From NCBI GenBank assembly GCA_048213135.1, contig PS015406.1, positions 1-59,904 of the forward strand: a stretch of DNA of 59,904 nucleotides. The letters run 5' to 3'. Shown piece by piece: positions 28,391-42,120 of the stretch; the stretch's first letter is position 1, and the number at the start of each line of letters is the position of its first letter. This DNA comes from Reclinomonas americana ATCC 50394 (lineage: Eukaryota). The position numbers were made by a program, and so were the translations under genes. The notes beneath the pieces are model-generated. The model saw only the letters and a program-made list of their open reading frames with translations, did no database searches and was not told the origin of the DNA.

Positions 28391-28501
28391 CGACCTCCAA
28401 TTAAAAGAAGACATAACACACACACGGCATTCCAATTTCTTCGCGCTCGGTTTTTTTCATCGCGGTCTCAGTCGCCACTGCAGTCCGCGATGGGCTAAAT
28501 G

Positions 28502-31500
28502 CTATCGACGCCTCGGCGGGGTCGCCGCATACATCTCACTCTCGAAACCCTCCTCAAACTGCTTCTCGCTCTGCTCGCGCAGCTTGGTGATCTTGGCGCG
28601 ACCGAAACTTGGGATGTTGAAGGCCTCCTGTGGAGGGGGGTGAGAAGGGCAAAGGGATAAAGGAGAGAATAGAGGGAAGGGCGAAGGTAGGGTAGAGGGA
28701 AGGGCGAGAGGGAAGAGTGGAGGGAGAAGGGAGAGGAGAGCGAAGAGTGAGGGGAGAAGCGTAAAGGAGGAGAGAGAGAGAGAAAAGATAAGAGTGAGAG
28801 GGGCAAAGGGATACAGGAGAGAAGTGTGAAGGGAGAAGAGGGAGAAGGGAGAGGAAGAAGGAAGAGAGAAAAGAGAAGAGTGAAGGGAGAACACGGCGAA
28901 GAGCGAAGGGCGAGGAGAGAAGAGAGAATGAGTGAAGGAGAAAAGAGAGAAGTGAGCAGCGTTGAGTGACGGGAGAGGAGAAGGGAAACAAGGGCTAACG
29001 GAAGGGAGAGAAGGGCATAGGGAGGAAGAGAGATGAGTAAAGAGAGAATAAGTGATGGGAGAAAAGAAGAGAGAACAGAGAGTAGAGAGATGGATTGAAG
29101 AAGGGGAGAGAAGAGAGGGAAGAGAGAAGGAGAAGAGAGTGTGAAGGAGAAAGAGAGAGAGAATGGAAGGGAAAGCAAAAGGGAGCAGAGAGAAGAGAGA
29201 AAGAGGGAGAAGAGAGGAAGAGGAGGAGAGAAGGAAATATGCGTGAAGGGAGAAAAGAGAATAAGTGAGGAAAGAAGAGAGATGAGTGTAGGGAGAGGAG
29301 AGAAACAGTGAAAAGTGAAGAATGAAGGAGAAGAGAGACATGAGCGAAGGCGAAGAGAGAAGAGAAGGAAGAGTGAGGTGAGAAGAGAGCAGAGAGGGAC
29401 GTTGTGAAGCGAGAAAAGAGAGAAGCGAGAAGAGAGAGACGAGTGACGGGTGAACAGGGCGAAGAGAGGAGAGACGAGAGGGATGAGAGAGATGGTAGAG
29501 TAAAGGTGAAGTGAAGGGAGGGGACAAAGTGAGACGGAGATTGAGGCAGAAGAAAAAACAGAGAATGAAAGAGAGAATGAGATGAGTGAGAAACAAGAGA
29601 GACGAGCGAAGGAAGAAGACAGAGAGATGTGAAAGGGAAGAGAAATGAGTGAAGGTAGACGAGGGGGAAGAGAGATGAGAAGACAGTGGGGATAGAGAGA
29701 TGAGAGAAGCGAGACGGGAGGCGAGACAAGGGTGAAGAGAGAAGAGAGATTGGAGAGAGCAGAGAACGGGCAACGGGAGAACAGAGAACGGGCAAAGGGA
29801 GAAGAGAAAGAGTAGAGGAAGTAGAGAGAAAAGACAAGGAGTAACGGAGAAAACTGAGAAGAAAGAGAATATGACAAGACGAGAGAGAAAAGAAGCGAGA
29901 AGTGATGCGCGAAAAAGGAATGAGTGAACGAAGAGTGAACAGAAGAGAAGAGAGAAGAAAGATATGAATGAAGAGAGAAGAGCAAAGGGAGGAGAGAGTG
30001 AAAGGAGAAGAATGCAGGGAGAAAAGAGAAGAGTGAAGAGAGTGTGAGTGAAAGAAGAGTGAACAGAAAACAGAAGAGAAGAAAGTGATGAATGAAGAGA
30101 GAAGAGCAAAGGGAGGGGACAGACAAGAGAAAAAGAAGGGAAGTGGACAGACAAAAATGTGAGTGAAGAGAAGAGAGAAGAGAGGAGAATGCTTCCTTCC
30201 CTGTCCACCCCCACTTCCTCTTTCCCTTCCCCTTTCCTCCCCCTCCCCTTCCCTTCCCCTGTCTACCCCTTCCCCTTTCTGCGCACCTGCATCAACTCAT
30301 CCGCATCATACGCCGCCGCCGCCGTCTCCGACAAAATGCGCATAATCTGCCCCTGATGCGCCGCCCCGAGCAACTCCTTCTCCGCGCGCATCAGAATCGC
30401 CAGGCACACGCGCANNNNNNNNNNNNNNNNNNNNNNNNNNNNNNNNNNNNNNNNNNNNNNNNNNNNNNNNNNNNNNNNNNNNNNNNNNNNNNNNNNNNNN
30501 NNNNNNNNNNNNNNNNNNNNNNNNNNNNNNNNNNNNNNNNNNNNNNNNNNNNNNNNNNNNNNNNNNNNNNNNNNNNNNNNNNNNNNNNNNNNNNNNNNNN
30601 NNNNNNNNNNNNNNNNNNNNNNNNNNNNNNNNNNNNNNNNNNNNNNNNNNNNNNNNNNNNNNNNNNNNNNNNNNNNNNNNNNNNNNNNNNNNNNNNNNNN
30701 NNNNNNNNNNNNNNNNNNNNNNNNNNNNNNNNNNNNNNNNNNNNNNNNNNNNNNNNNNNNNNNNNNNNNNNNNNNNNNNNNNNNNNNNNNNNNNNNNNNN
30801 NNNNNNNNNNNNNNNNNNNNNNNNNNNNNNNNNNNNNNNNNNNNNNNNNNNNNNNNNNNNNNNNNNNNNNNNNNNNNNNNNNNNNNNNNNNNNNNNNNNN
30901 NNNNNNNNNNNNNNNNNNNNNNNNNNNNNNNNNNNNNNNNNNNNNNNNNNNNNNNNNNNNNNNNNNNNCAATCACCTTCCAGCCCTCGCACATCACGGCG
31001 TCCCAGATACGCGCCGCCGTGTCGTGCGGCACCGTGCCGATGAAGCAGGTGAGGAACCACTGGGTGGCGAAGAATGCCGGACTCGCCTCCATGGTGACCA
31101 GCACGTCAAAGAGGCGGCGCATGCGGTTCTTGATCCATTTTTCGAGCATGAGGAATTCGACTTTGAGGCCGCGGAGTTTGTCGGCGAACATGTCCGAGGG
31201 CATCACATCTGGCAGAGGGAAAGGGATGGGGAAAGGGAGAGGGAAAGGGGGTGAGAAAGGGGAAGCAGGTGGGAAGGGGAAGAGATAATGACAGTCGCAA
31301 CTCTCAGCCAAGTTCTTAAGCGTCCAAAATGCGTCCTCTTCTTCTTGATGCAGCAGGAGGAAGGCAGCCAAGAAATTCAGGCCTAAAGCGGAGTGCGGGT
31401 GTGAGAAATGGAGCAGGACAAGAGGGACAACCGCAGAGAAAGTGGACCTTGGCAGTATCCAATGTAGGTGGCTCGCGAAAATGCCACCAACACGTTCTTC

Positions 31501-34426
31501 AACTTGGCAATGGTGAGCTCGTCCTGGAACTCGGGGTGATCGGGGAAGCTGCGATTCAGGTCCTGCGGGATGCGATTGCAGGTGAGCAAACAAGAGAGAG
31601 GCGGTAGGCGGTCTTCTTCGCGAATGACCTTGTCAATGGCCTCCAGGTCGTCAGGGGCGGCGTGCTCGTCGTCGCATAGATTGCTGTAGCGGACGGAGCT
31701 GATGTCGCGGAGTTCGCGTGCGCGGGAGATGATGTACCACACCTGCAGGGAAGGAAGAGGGGAGTGTAAGGGGAAGGGAATGGGGGAAGGGTAAGGGGGA
31801 AGGGAAGGGGAGGGAANNNNNNNNNNNNNNNNNNNNNNNNNNNNNNNNNNNNNNNNNNNNNNNNNNNNNNNNNNNNNNNNNNNNNNNNNNNNNNNNNNNN
31901 NNNNNNNNNNNNNNNNNNNNNNNNNNNNNNNNNNNNNNNNNNNNNNNNNNNNNNNNNNNNNNNNNNNNNNNNNNNNNNNNNNNNNNNNNNNNNNNNNNNN
32001 NNNNNNNNNNNNNNCACACACACACACACACACACGACGTGCATCCGGACTCCTTCTCCTCACGACCCTTCCCCCACGTACCTTGCCCCTCAGTGGTCGC
32101 GGCACACCCAACCGACACGCCTTCTTCAACTTGCTGGAGATCTTTGTCACCGGCCGCGACGCATACTCGGCCAAAAACGTGACGAACAACGCATTCTGCT
32201 CTCCCAGGCGCGCATTCCAATTCACCATGTTGGTGTAGTACGCCTGCGGGAACACTCTCAGCAATCACACACCTCACAAAAGAGTGAATACAGTACTGTG
32301 CTCACCGCAACAAATTCTGGCGGTACGTCAAAGCCACACACGTCGCGCACGGTTGACGAGCTGCCCGAGGCCGCACTACGACGGAGAAGGAGATTGAGCG
32401 AATGGCGAGGAGAGTGGAGTGGATTGGAGAGATGAAGCGACAATAGAGGAGAAGCGATGATGCATGTAACACAAACACCGAGAATGCAGGACGCGTCGCC
32501 AACGCGGACGCCAGTGGAGAGGCAATAATGCATGCAACAGAAAGAAACGCTGCACGAAAGCAGGACGGGTCGTACAGCACGGACAACACTGGCAAAGCGA
32601 CGCTACAAAGGACGCGTCGCTCTACAAGGACAACGGTGGACAAGAGATGATACACGACGGCAATGGACTACACGAACGCATAGAAAGCAGAACGCGTCAC
32701 CCTACACGGACGCACACGCCCCAAACACACGCACATGCATCAACCCACCATCCCATTCACACACACTCCCAATCTCTAACTGGCACACACAATGCTTCAC
32801 AAAAATGAGAGTGACTGAGGGCGAGACATCACGCACAGAGGATTGAAGCTCACGAACGAAACAGGGAGGAAACACTCACACATATCAATGGGAGAATTCG
32901 GTCGAACAGATGCAGAGAGGGGAGCAAAAGCAACAACTGCGCCACACTAACTGCCACACAAAACGCCTTCGCCCATCTTCCCCCCTTCCCCCTTCCCCTT
33001 TCTCCCCCTTTCCCTTTCCGACAAACCTCGGCGCCGCTACCGCGGCCAGCTGACGCGGCGGTCCGGTCCGCACGGGGGCCTCGGCCACACTCACCGCCGA
33101 CATGAATGTATTGGAGGCCGCCACCGACTCCACCGTCGGCTGATGCCGATGGCGCGCGTGCGCCGCCGCAGACGCCGCCGACGACTCACTGCCGCTGCCA
33201 CTCACCGGCTCCGACTCGTGATGCTGATGGCGACTGCTGTGACGATGTCCGCCCTCCTCCGCATCAACGCGATCGTGATGGCCGGTGGCGTGGAACGATC
33301 GCTCGTGCTCGGTGACGGCGCGGCGAATGGCGCGTGTCTCGGCGTCGACCGTGGCCGCTGCGCCGTGCGTGACCGTCACGGGCTCGTGGTGGAGGATTTG
33401 GCTGACGCTGCTCTCCGCTGCGTGGTGGTCATCGTGGGAAGGGTGGTGATCGTGGGTGTGGATGCCGTTGGTGGCGGGGGTGCTGCAGGAGGGGAGAGGG
33501 AGGTGAGACAGGGAAAGGGGGGGAGAGGGGAGGTGAGACAGGGAAAGGGGGGGAGAGGGGAGGTGAGACAGGGAAAGGGGAGGAGAGGGAAGGAGAGGGG
33601 AGGAGAGGGAGAAGAGGAGAGGAGAGGGAGAGAGAGGAGGAGAGGAGAGGGGAGGAGAGGAGAGGAGAGGAGAGGAGANNNNNNNNNNNNNNNNNNNNNN
33701 NNNNNNNNNNNNNNNNNNNNNNNNNNNNNNNNNNNNNNNNNNNNNNNNNNNNNNNNNNNNNNNNNNNNNNNNNNNNNNNNNNNNNNNNNNNNNNNNNNNN
33801 NNNNNNNNNNNNNNNNNNNNNNNNNNNNNNNNNNNNNNNNNNNNNNNNNNNNNNNNNNNNNNNNNNNNNNNNNNNNNNNNNNNNNNNNNNNNNAGAGGAG
33901 AGGGGAGGAGAGAACAGGAGAGAAAGGATGAGGGGAGGGAAAGGGCGAACGAGAGGGAGAAAGAGATGGGAGGAAAGGATAAGGATAGGAGAAGGAGAGG
34001 GCATCAGAGGGAAGGCTGGGGGTGGAGAGCGAACGAGAGGCGAGGAGAGGGAGGGACAGGCAAGGAGAGGCAAGGAATGGAAAGCGATATGAGAGACGGG
34101 CAAGAGGAGAGGGGGAAAGGAGAGGAGAAAGGAGAGGGAACGAAAGGGGAGGGGAGGGAAGGATAGGCAAGAATGAGTAGCAAGAGAGAGAAAAGAGAGA
34201 GAATGCTTCTGAACGCTCGCACGCTCACTGTGCATGTGTGTTTCTGCGTGTGTATAAATGCATTGTCAATCAATCGCCCTCAGTTGTCACGAGAGACTTC
34301 TCACTCATCGCGCGCTCAGCACACAAGCAGAGAGAGAGAGAGGGAGTGTGTGTGAGAGAGAGAGAGAGAGAGTGAGAGAGAGAGTGAGAGGGAGTGAGAG
34401 AAAAACGAAATGCAATGCTTAAAAAC

Positions 34427-34458
<32 letters not shown>

Positions 34459-34481
34459 TGTGTGTGTGTGAGTATGCTTTC

Positions 34482-34527
<46 letters not shown>

Positions 34528-34999
34528 CACACAACAGCGCACAGAGCAAACGCGAAAGAGCAAGAGATGTCCAACTCACTCACTCACTCACACACAACAC
34601 ACACACGCACACACACACAGACACACAGATGCACAGAGGAGTGTAAGAGAGTGCATGAGAGTGAGAGTGAGAGTGTGAGAGAAAGAAAAACGTTGCATTC
34701 TCTTGTCACATAGTCACAGAGAAACAGAGAAAGAGAGAGAGAGAGAGAGAGAGAGTGAGTGAGTGAGAGAAGAGTGTGTGCGTGTGTGTACAAGAAAGTA
34801 ACACACTGAAAGAGAAAGAAAGCGATCACTGCAGAAAAACCTATACACAAAAACAACTTCGCTTTCTCTCACTCACACAGTCTCTCATTTGCTCTCTCTC
34901 TCTCACACACTCACTCTCTCACACACACGCGACTCACCTCACATGCTCATCTGCAGCAACAACTGCAGGTGTCTCTGTCGCGCCACTCTCTGCGCTCAT
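28502..34999 (-). CDS. TBC-domain Rab GTPase-activating protein
   Basis: LKKACRLGVPRPLRGKVW, IDKDLNRSFP (IxxDxxR finger), GYCQGLNFLAAFLL (YxQ finger), EEDAFW, FATQWFLTCF, RIWD; exon 1 MSAESG... at 34999 joins in phase 2. Confidence 0.92.
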
Positions 35000-35109
35000 T
35001 CTCTCTCTCTCTTTTACACACAGACACACGCACGCGCGCAAACAAGCAAATAGAGAGAGAAAGAGAGAGAAAGAGAGGGAGGCACTGTCGACTTGCGCGC
35101 GCGCTCAAG

Positions 35110-36130
35110 TCGACGTCGAGGGGTGAGCAGGACACGCTTTTTTGACGGCCTTGCTTCTTTGTTTGCACTTATCGCGCATGTGTATGAGCAGTGGTTGTCT
35201 CACTTGCATCCACTGCTTCGGCGCGCGTGCATGATCACGCACAGTGGCAGACGTCGACATCATGGATGTTCGCAGGACACGCTTTTTTGACGGCCTTGTT
35301 TCTTTGTTTGCAGTCACTGCGCGTGTGTATGAGCAGTGGGTGTCTCTGTTGCATTCACTGCATCGGCGCATGTGCATGTTCATGCAGAGTGGCAGACGTC
35401 GACATCATGGATGTGCGCAGGACACGCTTTTTTGACGGCCTTGTTTCTTTGTTTGCAGTCACTGCGCGTGTGTATGAGCAGTGGGTGTCTCTGTTGCATT
35501 CACTGCATCGGTGTACGCACAGTCGCAGACGTCGACATCGTGGATGTGCACAGGACACGCTTTTTTGACGGCCTTGCTTGTTTGTTTGCAGTCACTGCGC
35601 ATGCGTGTGAACAGTGGCTAGCTCTACTGCATCCGCTGCATCGGCGTATGTGCATATCCACGCACTGTGGTAGACGTCGATAACTCGACTGTGCACAGGA
35701 CACGCGCTTTTCTCTCGCTGCAGTCCCGCCTTCACGCTGTACACATACGATCCGTATACTGCGTTTCTGTTGCACCCTGTGCTCCACTTTTTGCGCTCAT
35801 CTGCAAACAGAGAGAGGCACAAGACTATTTTTCATCTGCAGGACACGCTTTTTCTCTCGTTACAGCATCGCTCTCACGCTATTCACTATTCTCTCACGTG
35901 CAACTGTCTCCACTGTACACGTACCGCCACTTGTTGCGCTCATCTGCAAACGGAGAAAGGCAACAGCCTTGTTTTCGCTGCAGGACACGCTTGTTTGAAG
36001 TCGCTCTCACTCTCTCTTTTACGCCCAGTCAACTCATGCACTCAGCGTATCATCGACAGATGCATCCGAACGCACTCCACTCCCTCACTTTCCCTCAACG
36101 TCAGTGACCATTCTGCGCAGGACATTTTCA
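35110..36130. repeat. Tandem array of about 145-bp units (7-8 copies)
   Basis: The anchor caggacac(gc) occurs at 35128, 35273, 35418, 35551, 35696, 35839, 35981 and, degenerate, at 36118; the first four units are closely similar. Confidence 0.9.
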
Positions 36131-36160
36131 ATCTCTCACTTAACTCTTTGTTCTCAGTCA

Positions 36161-39075
36161 ATGTGGCGAAGCGGTTTGCGGTGTTGTCTTGCACAAGCAC
36201 GACTTGTGCACACTGGTGCAAGTGCAACTGTTGCTGCAGCAGTTGAGTTGTGATCTGGATGCGATTTCTTGCATCTCTCTCTGTCTCTCACTCTGTCTCT
36301 CTCACGTGCATCTCTTGCATTGTTGTGTTTATGCAGTGACTTAGTTGCCTCTTTGTTTGTTATCTTCCTTGTTCTTCCTCTCTCATTGCAATCACTTGCA
36401 TCATTCTCTCAGAGATGCATCACTGCCTCCTTTCTCTCTTCTCTCTCTAACATGCATCCTTGTCGTGTTTATGCTGCACTTGATTGCTTCTTGGTTTCTT
36501 CTATCCTCTCTGTCTCTCACACTCTCGATCCTCTCTCCGTGCATCCTTCTCCCAGAGAACTTGCATTACTGCCTCCTTAGAGAGATACTCGGTCAGTGTT
36601 CTTCTTTTCCCTTCACATCTCCCTCTCACCACTCCTCTCTTATCCACAGCCACCACTCTCCACCACCGCCTCATTCCCACCGATTGTCCTCTCCGGCATC
36701 CAACCCACTGGCGCCCTGCATCTCGGCAACTACCTCGGCGCCGTGCGCAATGTTGCGTTCCATCACCCTCCGCGTGTCTCACCGCTGTCGTCACTGGCTC
36801 ATTGGCGAGGTGCAGTGGGGTGAACTGCAGCGACGAAGCGATGCTCCGTTCGACCGCGCGCGACATCTGTTCATGATTGCCGACTTGCATGCGCTCACTG
36901 GCACGCAGGTTTGTCGCGCTCTCGCTCAGTCACGTCCGTCTCGTCTCATGGCGTTTCTTTCTCGTTGTGGACGGCAAGTTCATATTCGTTCTCTGTGATT
37001 GTGCCCCCTTCACCGACCCTCACGACTGCACATTTCCCGCGGTGTCTTGCCTCTCCGTTCTGGTGATGTATCAAGCCGTTCCTCTCGTTTACCGCGTTCT
37101 ATCCCCCTTCAACCTTGCCTCTCTTTCTCTCCCGCCTTGCCTTGCCTCATTTCGGTCATCTCGTGGCGCATGCTCTTCTAGCTTTCTTCGCTGTCCTTTT
37201 TGTTGATCACATTCTCTCCTTCTTCAACCATACTTGTCCTTGTCTTTCCTGGTGTCCATTCATTTGCGCTGATATACCTCTCTCCATCCCTTGCATGGCC
37301 TCTTTTTTCTCTTCCCCCTCTCCTTCTCCTCTCACATCTCCCTTCTCTCTCATCCCTCCCTCCCCCCTCCACAGGTCATGCTCGGCTCGGAACTCCAAGA
37401 GGCCTCCCTGCACATGGCAGCCTCACTGGTCGCCTCCGGAGTGGACCCACGACGCGCCACAATCTTCCGCCAATCGCAGGTGCCCGGGCACGCCGAGCTC
37501 ATGTGGTACCTGTCGTGCGTGGCCTCGATGGGAGCCCTCAACCGCATGCACCAGTTCAAGCAAAAGAGTGCCGACTCGCGGCGGCAGGTCGAGCTGGGCC
37601 TGTACTCGTATCCCGTGTTGATGGCGGCCGATATTTTGTTGTATCGGTGCGGGAAGGGGGAGGGTACAGGGGGAGGGGGGAAGGGGGGTAAAGGGGGGAA
37701 GGGCGGTAAAGGAGGGGGAGGGAGAGAGACATGAGAGGGACAGGAGCAAGGAGAGAGAAAGAGACAGTTGAGATATTGTCTACGGAGGGGTGAGAAAATG
37801 ACTAAAGTTGAGGGATAGGTATATGAGTTAGAGAGAGAGGGAGAGAGGAAAGAGAAAGTTGAGGTGCTGTCGACGGACGAGTGAGAGAAAGAACGAGGGA
37901 AGCAAGGAGAGAGACAGATGAGATTTTGTCTTGGGGCGTGCGAGATTGGCTGAAGTGGCGGGGCAGGAGTGCGAGTGTGTGTGTGAGAGAGGGAGAGAGG
38001 AAAGAGAGTGTTGAGGTGCTGTTGACGGACGAGTGAGAGAAAGAATGAGGGAGGTAAGGAGAGAGACAGTTGAGATGTTGTCTTGGGGAAGAGAGAATGG
38101 CTGAAGTGGCGGGACAGGAGTGCGAGCGAGCGAGAGACAGACGAGGTTTTTGCTGTGTTGACTTGTATGTGTGCTTGGACGTCCACGGTGAACTCGTTTT
38201 CCTCCTTCGTGTCGTTCTTTCTTCGTCACAGTGAGTAGTATTCATTCTGTTCATGTCGCCCGCTTCGGTGAGAAATCGCGCCTGCACGGCCGTGATTGTC
38301 AGTTCTGTTTTGCTGCTGAGTTCCACCACGCGTCCTTGTCGCCGCATAGAACCTTGCTGTACATCATTTGCTTGTCTTATTCTGTTGCAGTTCTTGTCCT
38401 TCTTTCATTGTCATTTGCCGATGCCGGTCATACTTCTTGTCGTCCCTCTGTTTATTCGATTCACCTCTCGACTTTTCACTCACTGTCTTACTCGCCGCAG
38501 AGGAACACACGTGCCCGTGGGCGACGACCAAAAGCAGCATCTCGAACTGGCTCGCGACCTTGTCATTGCTTTCCACGCGCGCTACGGCCCTGATATCTTC
38601 CCGTTCCCGGAACCCGTATTCAGTTGCGCGATGTTGTCAAACTGTTGGTTGCAGTGCTTCTCTCTCCTTCAACCGACCTGCATGGTGAAGCTTACATCGC
38701 ACGGCTTTTGTTGTTGGTCTCTTTCTCTCTGTATGCATCATTCTCTCTTTCTCTGTGCATCTCTCTCTTCATTACTCCTCTCATGTTCTCTCTCTGTCTC
38801 TTTCTCTCTCTCTGTTACTCTCTGTGTATCATTCTGTCTCTTCCTGTCGCTCCCTTCCTACGCCCCTCTCCCATCTCTCTGTGCATCTTTTTCTATCTCC
38901 CTCTCCGCGCATCTCTCTCTTTCTGCGTATCTTTCACTACACCTTTCTTTCTCTGTGCATCGTTCTCTCATTCTCAGTGCATCTTTCTCCGTCTTTCTGT
39001 TTCACTGCTCCTCTCTTTTTTCGATCACACTTCGTGTCTCTTTCATATTCTCTCTTACTTCTGCCACTGCTCCTC

Positions 39076-39149
<74 letters not shown>

Positions 39150-39517
39150 ATGTGTGTGTGTGCATAATTCTTTTCTTTCTGTGCATCCATCTCTCCGTGC
39201 ATCTTCCTCTGTCACTGATCCTTTCTTGGTCAAACTCTCTGCGTATCACTCTTACTCTCTCTCGCCCACTGTGCATCTCTCTCTTTCATTGCTCCTCTCT
39301 TGTTCTCAATCACTCTCCGTATCTTTTCCACGCTGTCTCTGTCTCTCTGCATCTTTCTCATTCACTGCTCCTCTCTTGTTCTCATTTCCTCTCTCTCACT
39401 CTGCGTGCATCATTCTCTCTTTCTCTCGTTGCATCATTCTCTCTCTGTCTCTCTTACTCTTTGCGTTCTTCTTTCAGTGTATCTCTTTTGCTCTCTCTAA
39501 CTCTGCCTCTGTCTTCG

Positions 39518-39557
<40 letters not shown>

Positions 39558-39590
39558 TCTCGTCTCTCTTCTCTCGTCTCTCTTCTCTCT

Positions 39591-39653
<63 letters not shown>

Positions 39654-40378
39654 TCTGTCTGTCACCATTCATTTCTCTTTTTGTTACCCCCATTGCTCTC
39701 CTTCTTCTTCTTCTTCTCTCTCTCTCTCTGTCTGTCTGTCTGTCTCTCTCTTTCCCTTCTCGCCCCTTTCTTCCCCTCCCTTCCCCCTTCTCCCCCTCCC
39801 CCATTCCCTCACTCCCCCTCCCCCTTCCCCTCCCTTCGCCTCTTCCCCCTTCCCCCTTCCCCGCTTCCCTCCCCCCCCCTCTCCCCCTTCCCTCACTTCC
39901 CCCTTCCCCCTCCCCTCAAGCGTCCACCGCCCGCGTCATGAGCCTCCGCGACGGCAAGGTGAAAATGAGCAAATCGGACCCGGTCGAGGCCAGCCGCATC
40001 AACCTGAACGACACCGCCGACGACATGGCGCACAAGATACGGCGCGCCAAGACCGATTCGCTCCCCGCGCTCACCTACGATCGCGAAACGCGCCCCGAGG
40101 TGGCCAATCTGCTGGAGATCCACGCGGCGCTGTCGGGCCGCACCGTGGCGCAGCTGTGCTCGGAGACGAAAGACATGGCGCACTTGAAGCGGGAGGTGAT
40201 CGAATTGCTGCAGCAGCACGTGGTGCCGTTGGGGAGGCGCACGGCGGAGTTGCTGAACGAGGGGCGCGGGGAGCTGGTGGCGATTTTGCGGAGGGGGGAG
40301 GAGGAGGCGCGGGAGGAGTCGTTGAGGACGTTGCGGGTGGTGCGCGAGCGAGTGGGTGTGGGGGAGGTGGGGGTGTGA
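36161..40378 (+). CDS. WARS2: Tryptophanyl-tRNA synthetase, mitochondrial/bacterial type
   Basis: [21 protein letters not shown] (HIGH), [41 protein letters not shown]; putative transit-peptide exon [15 protein letters not shown]... Confidence 0.95.
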
Positions 40379-40701
40379 GAGGAGGTGCAGTGTAGAAATG
40401 GAGAAATAGAGAAAACGCCGGCCACCTCTTTTCATCAATCCTGTTATCTCATTGTCCAATGTTGAAGACAGCGGTTGTGTACATGTACTTCCCTTCCTTA
40501 CGCGACGCCCTTAGCAGACCCATTCCTGCCAGCACCAGCAGCTCATGAGCAGTCACCATTTGTCAGGTGTCACATGGAGATTTATTTCGATATTTGTGTA
40601 ACACTGTATTCTTACGTGCCTGTACATGTCATTGGCGTCGGAGATGAACACTGCTATTGTCGGTGTTGTTGTTGTTGTTGTTGTTGATTCAGATCAAAGT
40701 A

Positions 40702-42120
40702 TCAGCAGCCACGAGTCCGTTGCCCGTCGCGGTCGTAAAAGAACGGCATGCTGACTCGTGTAGCCGTGTCTGACACTCGCAAAACGCGGTGGCATACTGC
40801 CTGAAAGTAGCCGTTGGAGGCGTCCTCCAGCGCACTGCCAGTGTTGACCAAAATCGCTCCGGGAATGGGAGCCGGTGCAGCCAGCCACGCTGGTGGGATG
40901 TACTCGGCATCGTGGCGCCGACTTGCCAGCACTTCCAATCCACTAATGTTGTCTTGCAGAAGCAGAGTCAGCCAAGAAGCGTCGCGATGGCGCGCTGTCG
41001 TTACCACCCTCTCGCCAGCCTCCCCAAGTGGACCAGGCGGGTAGACAAGTGCGCGAAGTCCCAAGTACCGTCCGCGAGAGAATTCTTGACGCCACCCTGG
41101 CATCGAGCCTTCCGTGACAGCCTGAGAAAAAGCCAGCGCGTGCAGCAATGTGTCCGACAAGGATTCCATCGCACAGAAAGAGTTCATCACCATGCGTCGA
41201 TGACGATCTGTCTCATCCGGAAAATACGCGCATTCGCAGTGCCTGATCGTTTCGTCTCGCTTCTCCATGAAAGAGAGGTGCTCCTTGCAGTGAGCGTCGT
41301 CGGCGCCAAGCCCGATCGGTGGACGCGATCCAGCGCGCAACTTCAGGGTCTGAAAAAGGTTGGCCGGCACGTCATGCGCGACGACAAAGAACATGCCAAT
41401 ATCAGTGGTAGCACGACCAATCTGACACACGGTCGAAAACAGCTCGCGCATATCTGCGGTGTCGCTGCGGCAAAGTTCGTCGACACTGCTTGCTGTCGCC
41501 AGCAGACGAGCGTGTGTTCGCAGCAGCGTCACGTCAACGGTCGGGATCTCAGCAAGGCGAACACGCCACCGCGTGCTGTTGGGCGGCGGCACACCGCCAG
41601 CGTCGTCGCGGTCCGACAGGAGGGTGCACACTGTTTGTTCGTCGTCGGATAGAGTCAAAGTGGCAATGGTGGGCCGGTGGCAGTGCTCGGAAGACACGAA
41701 CAAGTGAAATCCGTCGCCATCGTCGGCACGAGTCCAGCGCCAGCGCTCCCATCCTCCGGGCGGGCACGCGTCTCGGAATCGAACCTTGCACAGATGGCGT
41801 TCGTCGTCCATGCCCACAGGGGACACGAAGCGAGCTGCAGCGTTTTCCAGGGAGAATTCGATGTCGTCCGGCGCAGAACCGTCACTTGCCCGGCCTAGGC
41901 CGCTGACACCATGCCGCAGACGGAAGACCGAGCGCGCATCGTCTGCTGGCTGTTCTCGACACACAGACAAGCGAAGGCGAGCAACGGCATCTCCGCCTCG
42001 GGCTTCAGCGGCAAATGGGTCGTCGTCGATGGCGAGGAACAGGGGAGTGCGACCGTCGGTTCGCGACAAGGTGTAGATGAACACAGCGGCACCATTCGGA
42101 ATGGAGCACGGGGTGTCCAT
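40702..42120 (-). CDS. 2-oxoglutarate/Fe(II) dioxygenase (IPNS-like) with an N-terminal beta-rich extension, intronless
   Basis: IGMFFVVAHDV, HRD (HxD), LTLLLQDNISGLEV, ILVNTGSALE..SNG, CHRV, RVSMPFF (RxS); alternative start at 42171. Confidence 0.88.
   Translation of the reverse strand: MDTPCSIPNGAAVFIYTLSRTDGRTPLFLAIDDDPFAAEARGGDAVARLRLSVCREQPADDARSVFRLRHGVSGLGRASDGSAPDDIEFSLENAAARFVSPVGMDDERHLCKVRFRDACPPGGWERWRWTRADDGDGFHLFVSSEHCHRPTIATLTLSDDEQTVCTLLSDRDDAGGVPPPNSTRWRVRLAEIPTVDVTLLRTHARLLATASSVDELCRSDTADMRELFSTVCQIGRATTDIGMFFVVAHDVPANLFQTLKLRAGSRPPIGLGADDAHCKEHLSFMEKRDETIRHCECAYFPDETDRHRRMVMNSFCAMESLSDTLLHALAFSQAVTEGSMPGWRQEFSRGRYLGLRALVYPPGPLGEAGERVVTTARHRDASWLTLLLQDNISGLEVLASRRHDAEYIPPAWLAAPAPIPGAILVNTGSALEDASNGYFQAVCHRVLRVSDTATRVSMPFFYDRDGQRTRGC

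Noticed and set aside
28630-30280. Long Leu/Ser/Phe-rich ORFs (also at 9.3-10.4, 38.6-39.9 and 55.8-56.4 kb)
   Set aside because: They are stop-poor translations of CT-rich introns
35110-36130. CRISPR-like array
   Set aside because: Whole units are homologous with no unique spacers, and no cas genes are present
18419-38630. Reading the GTTGCG donors as non-canonical TT-AG introns
   Set aside because: Keeping the G in the exon breaks the frame (for example TrpRS N|W), so cleavage before GT is required
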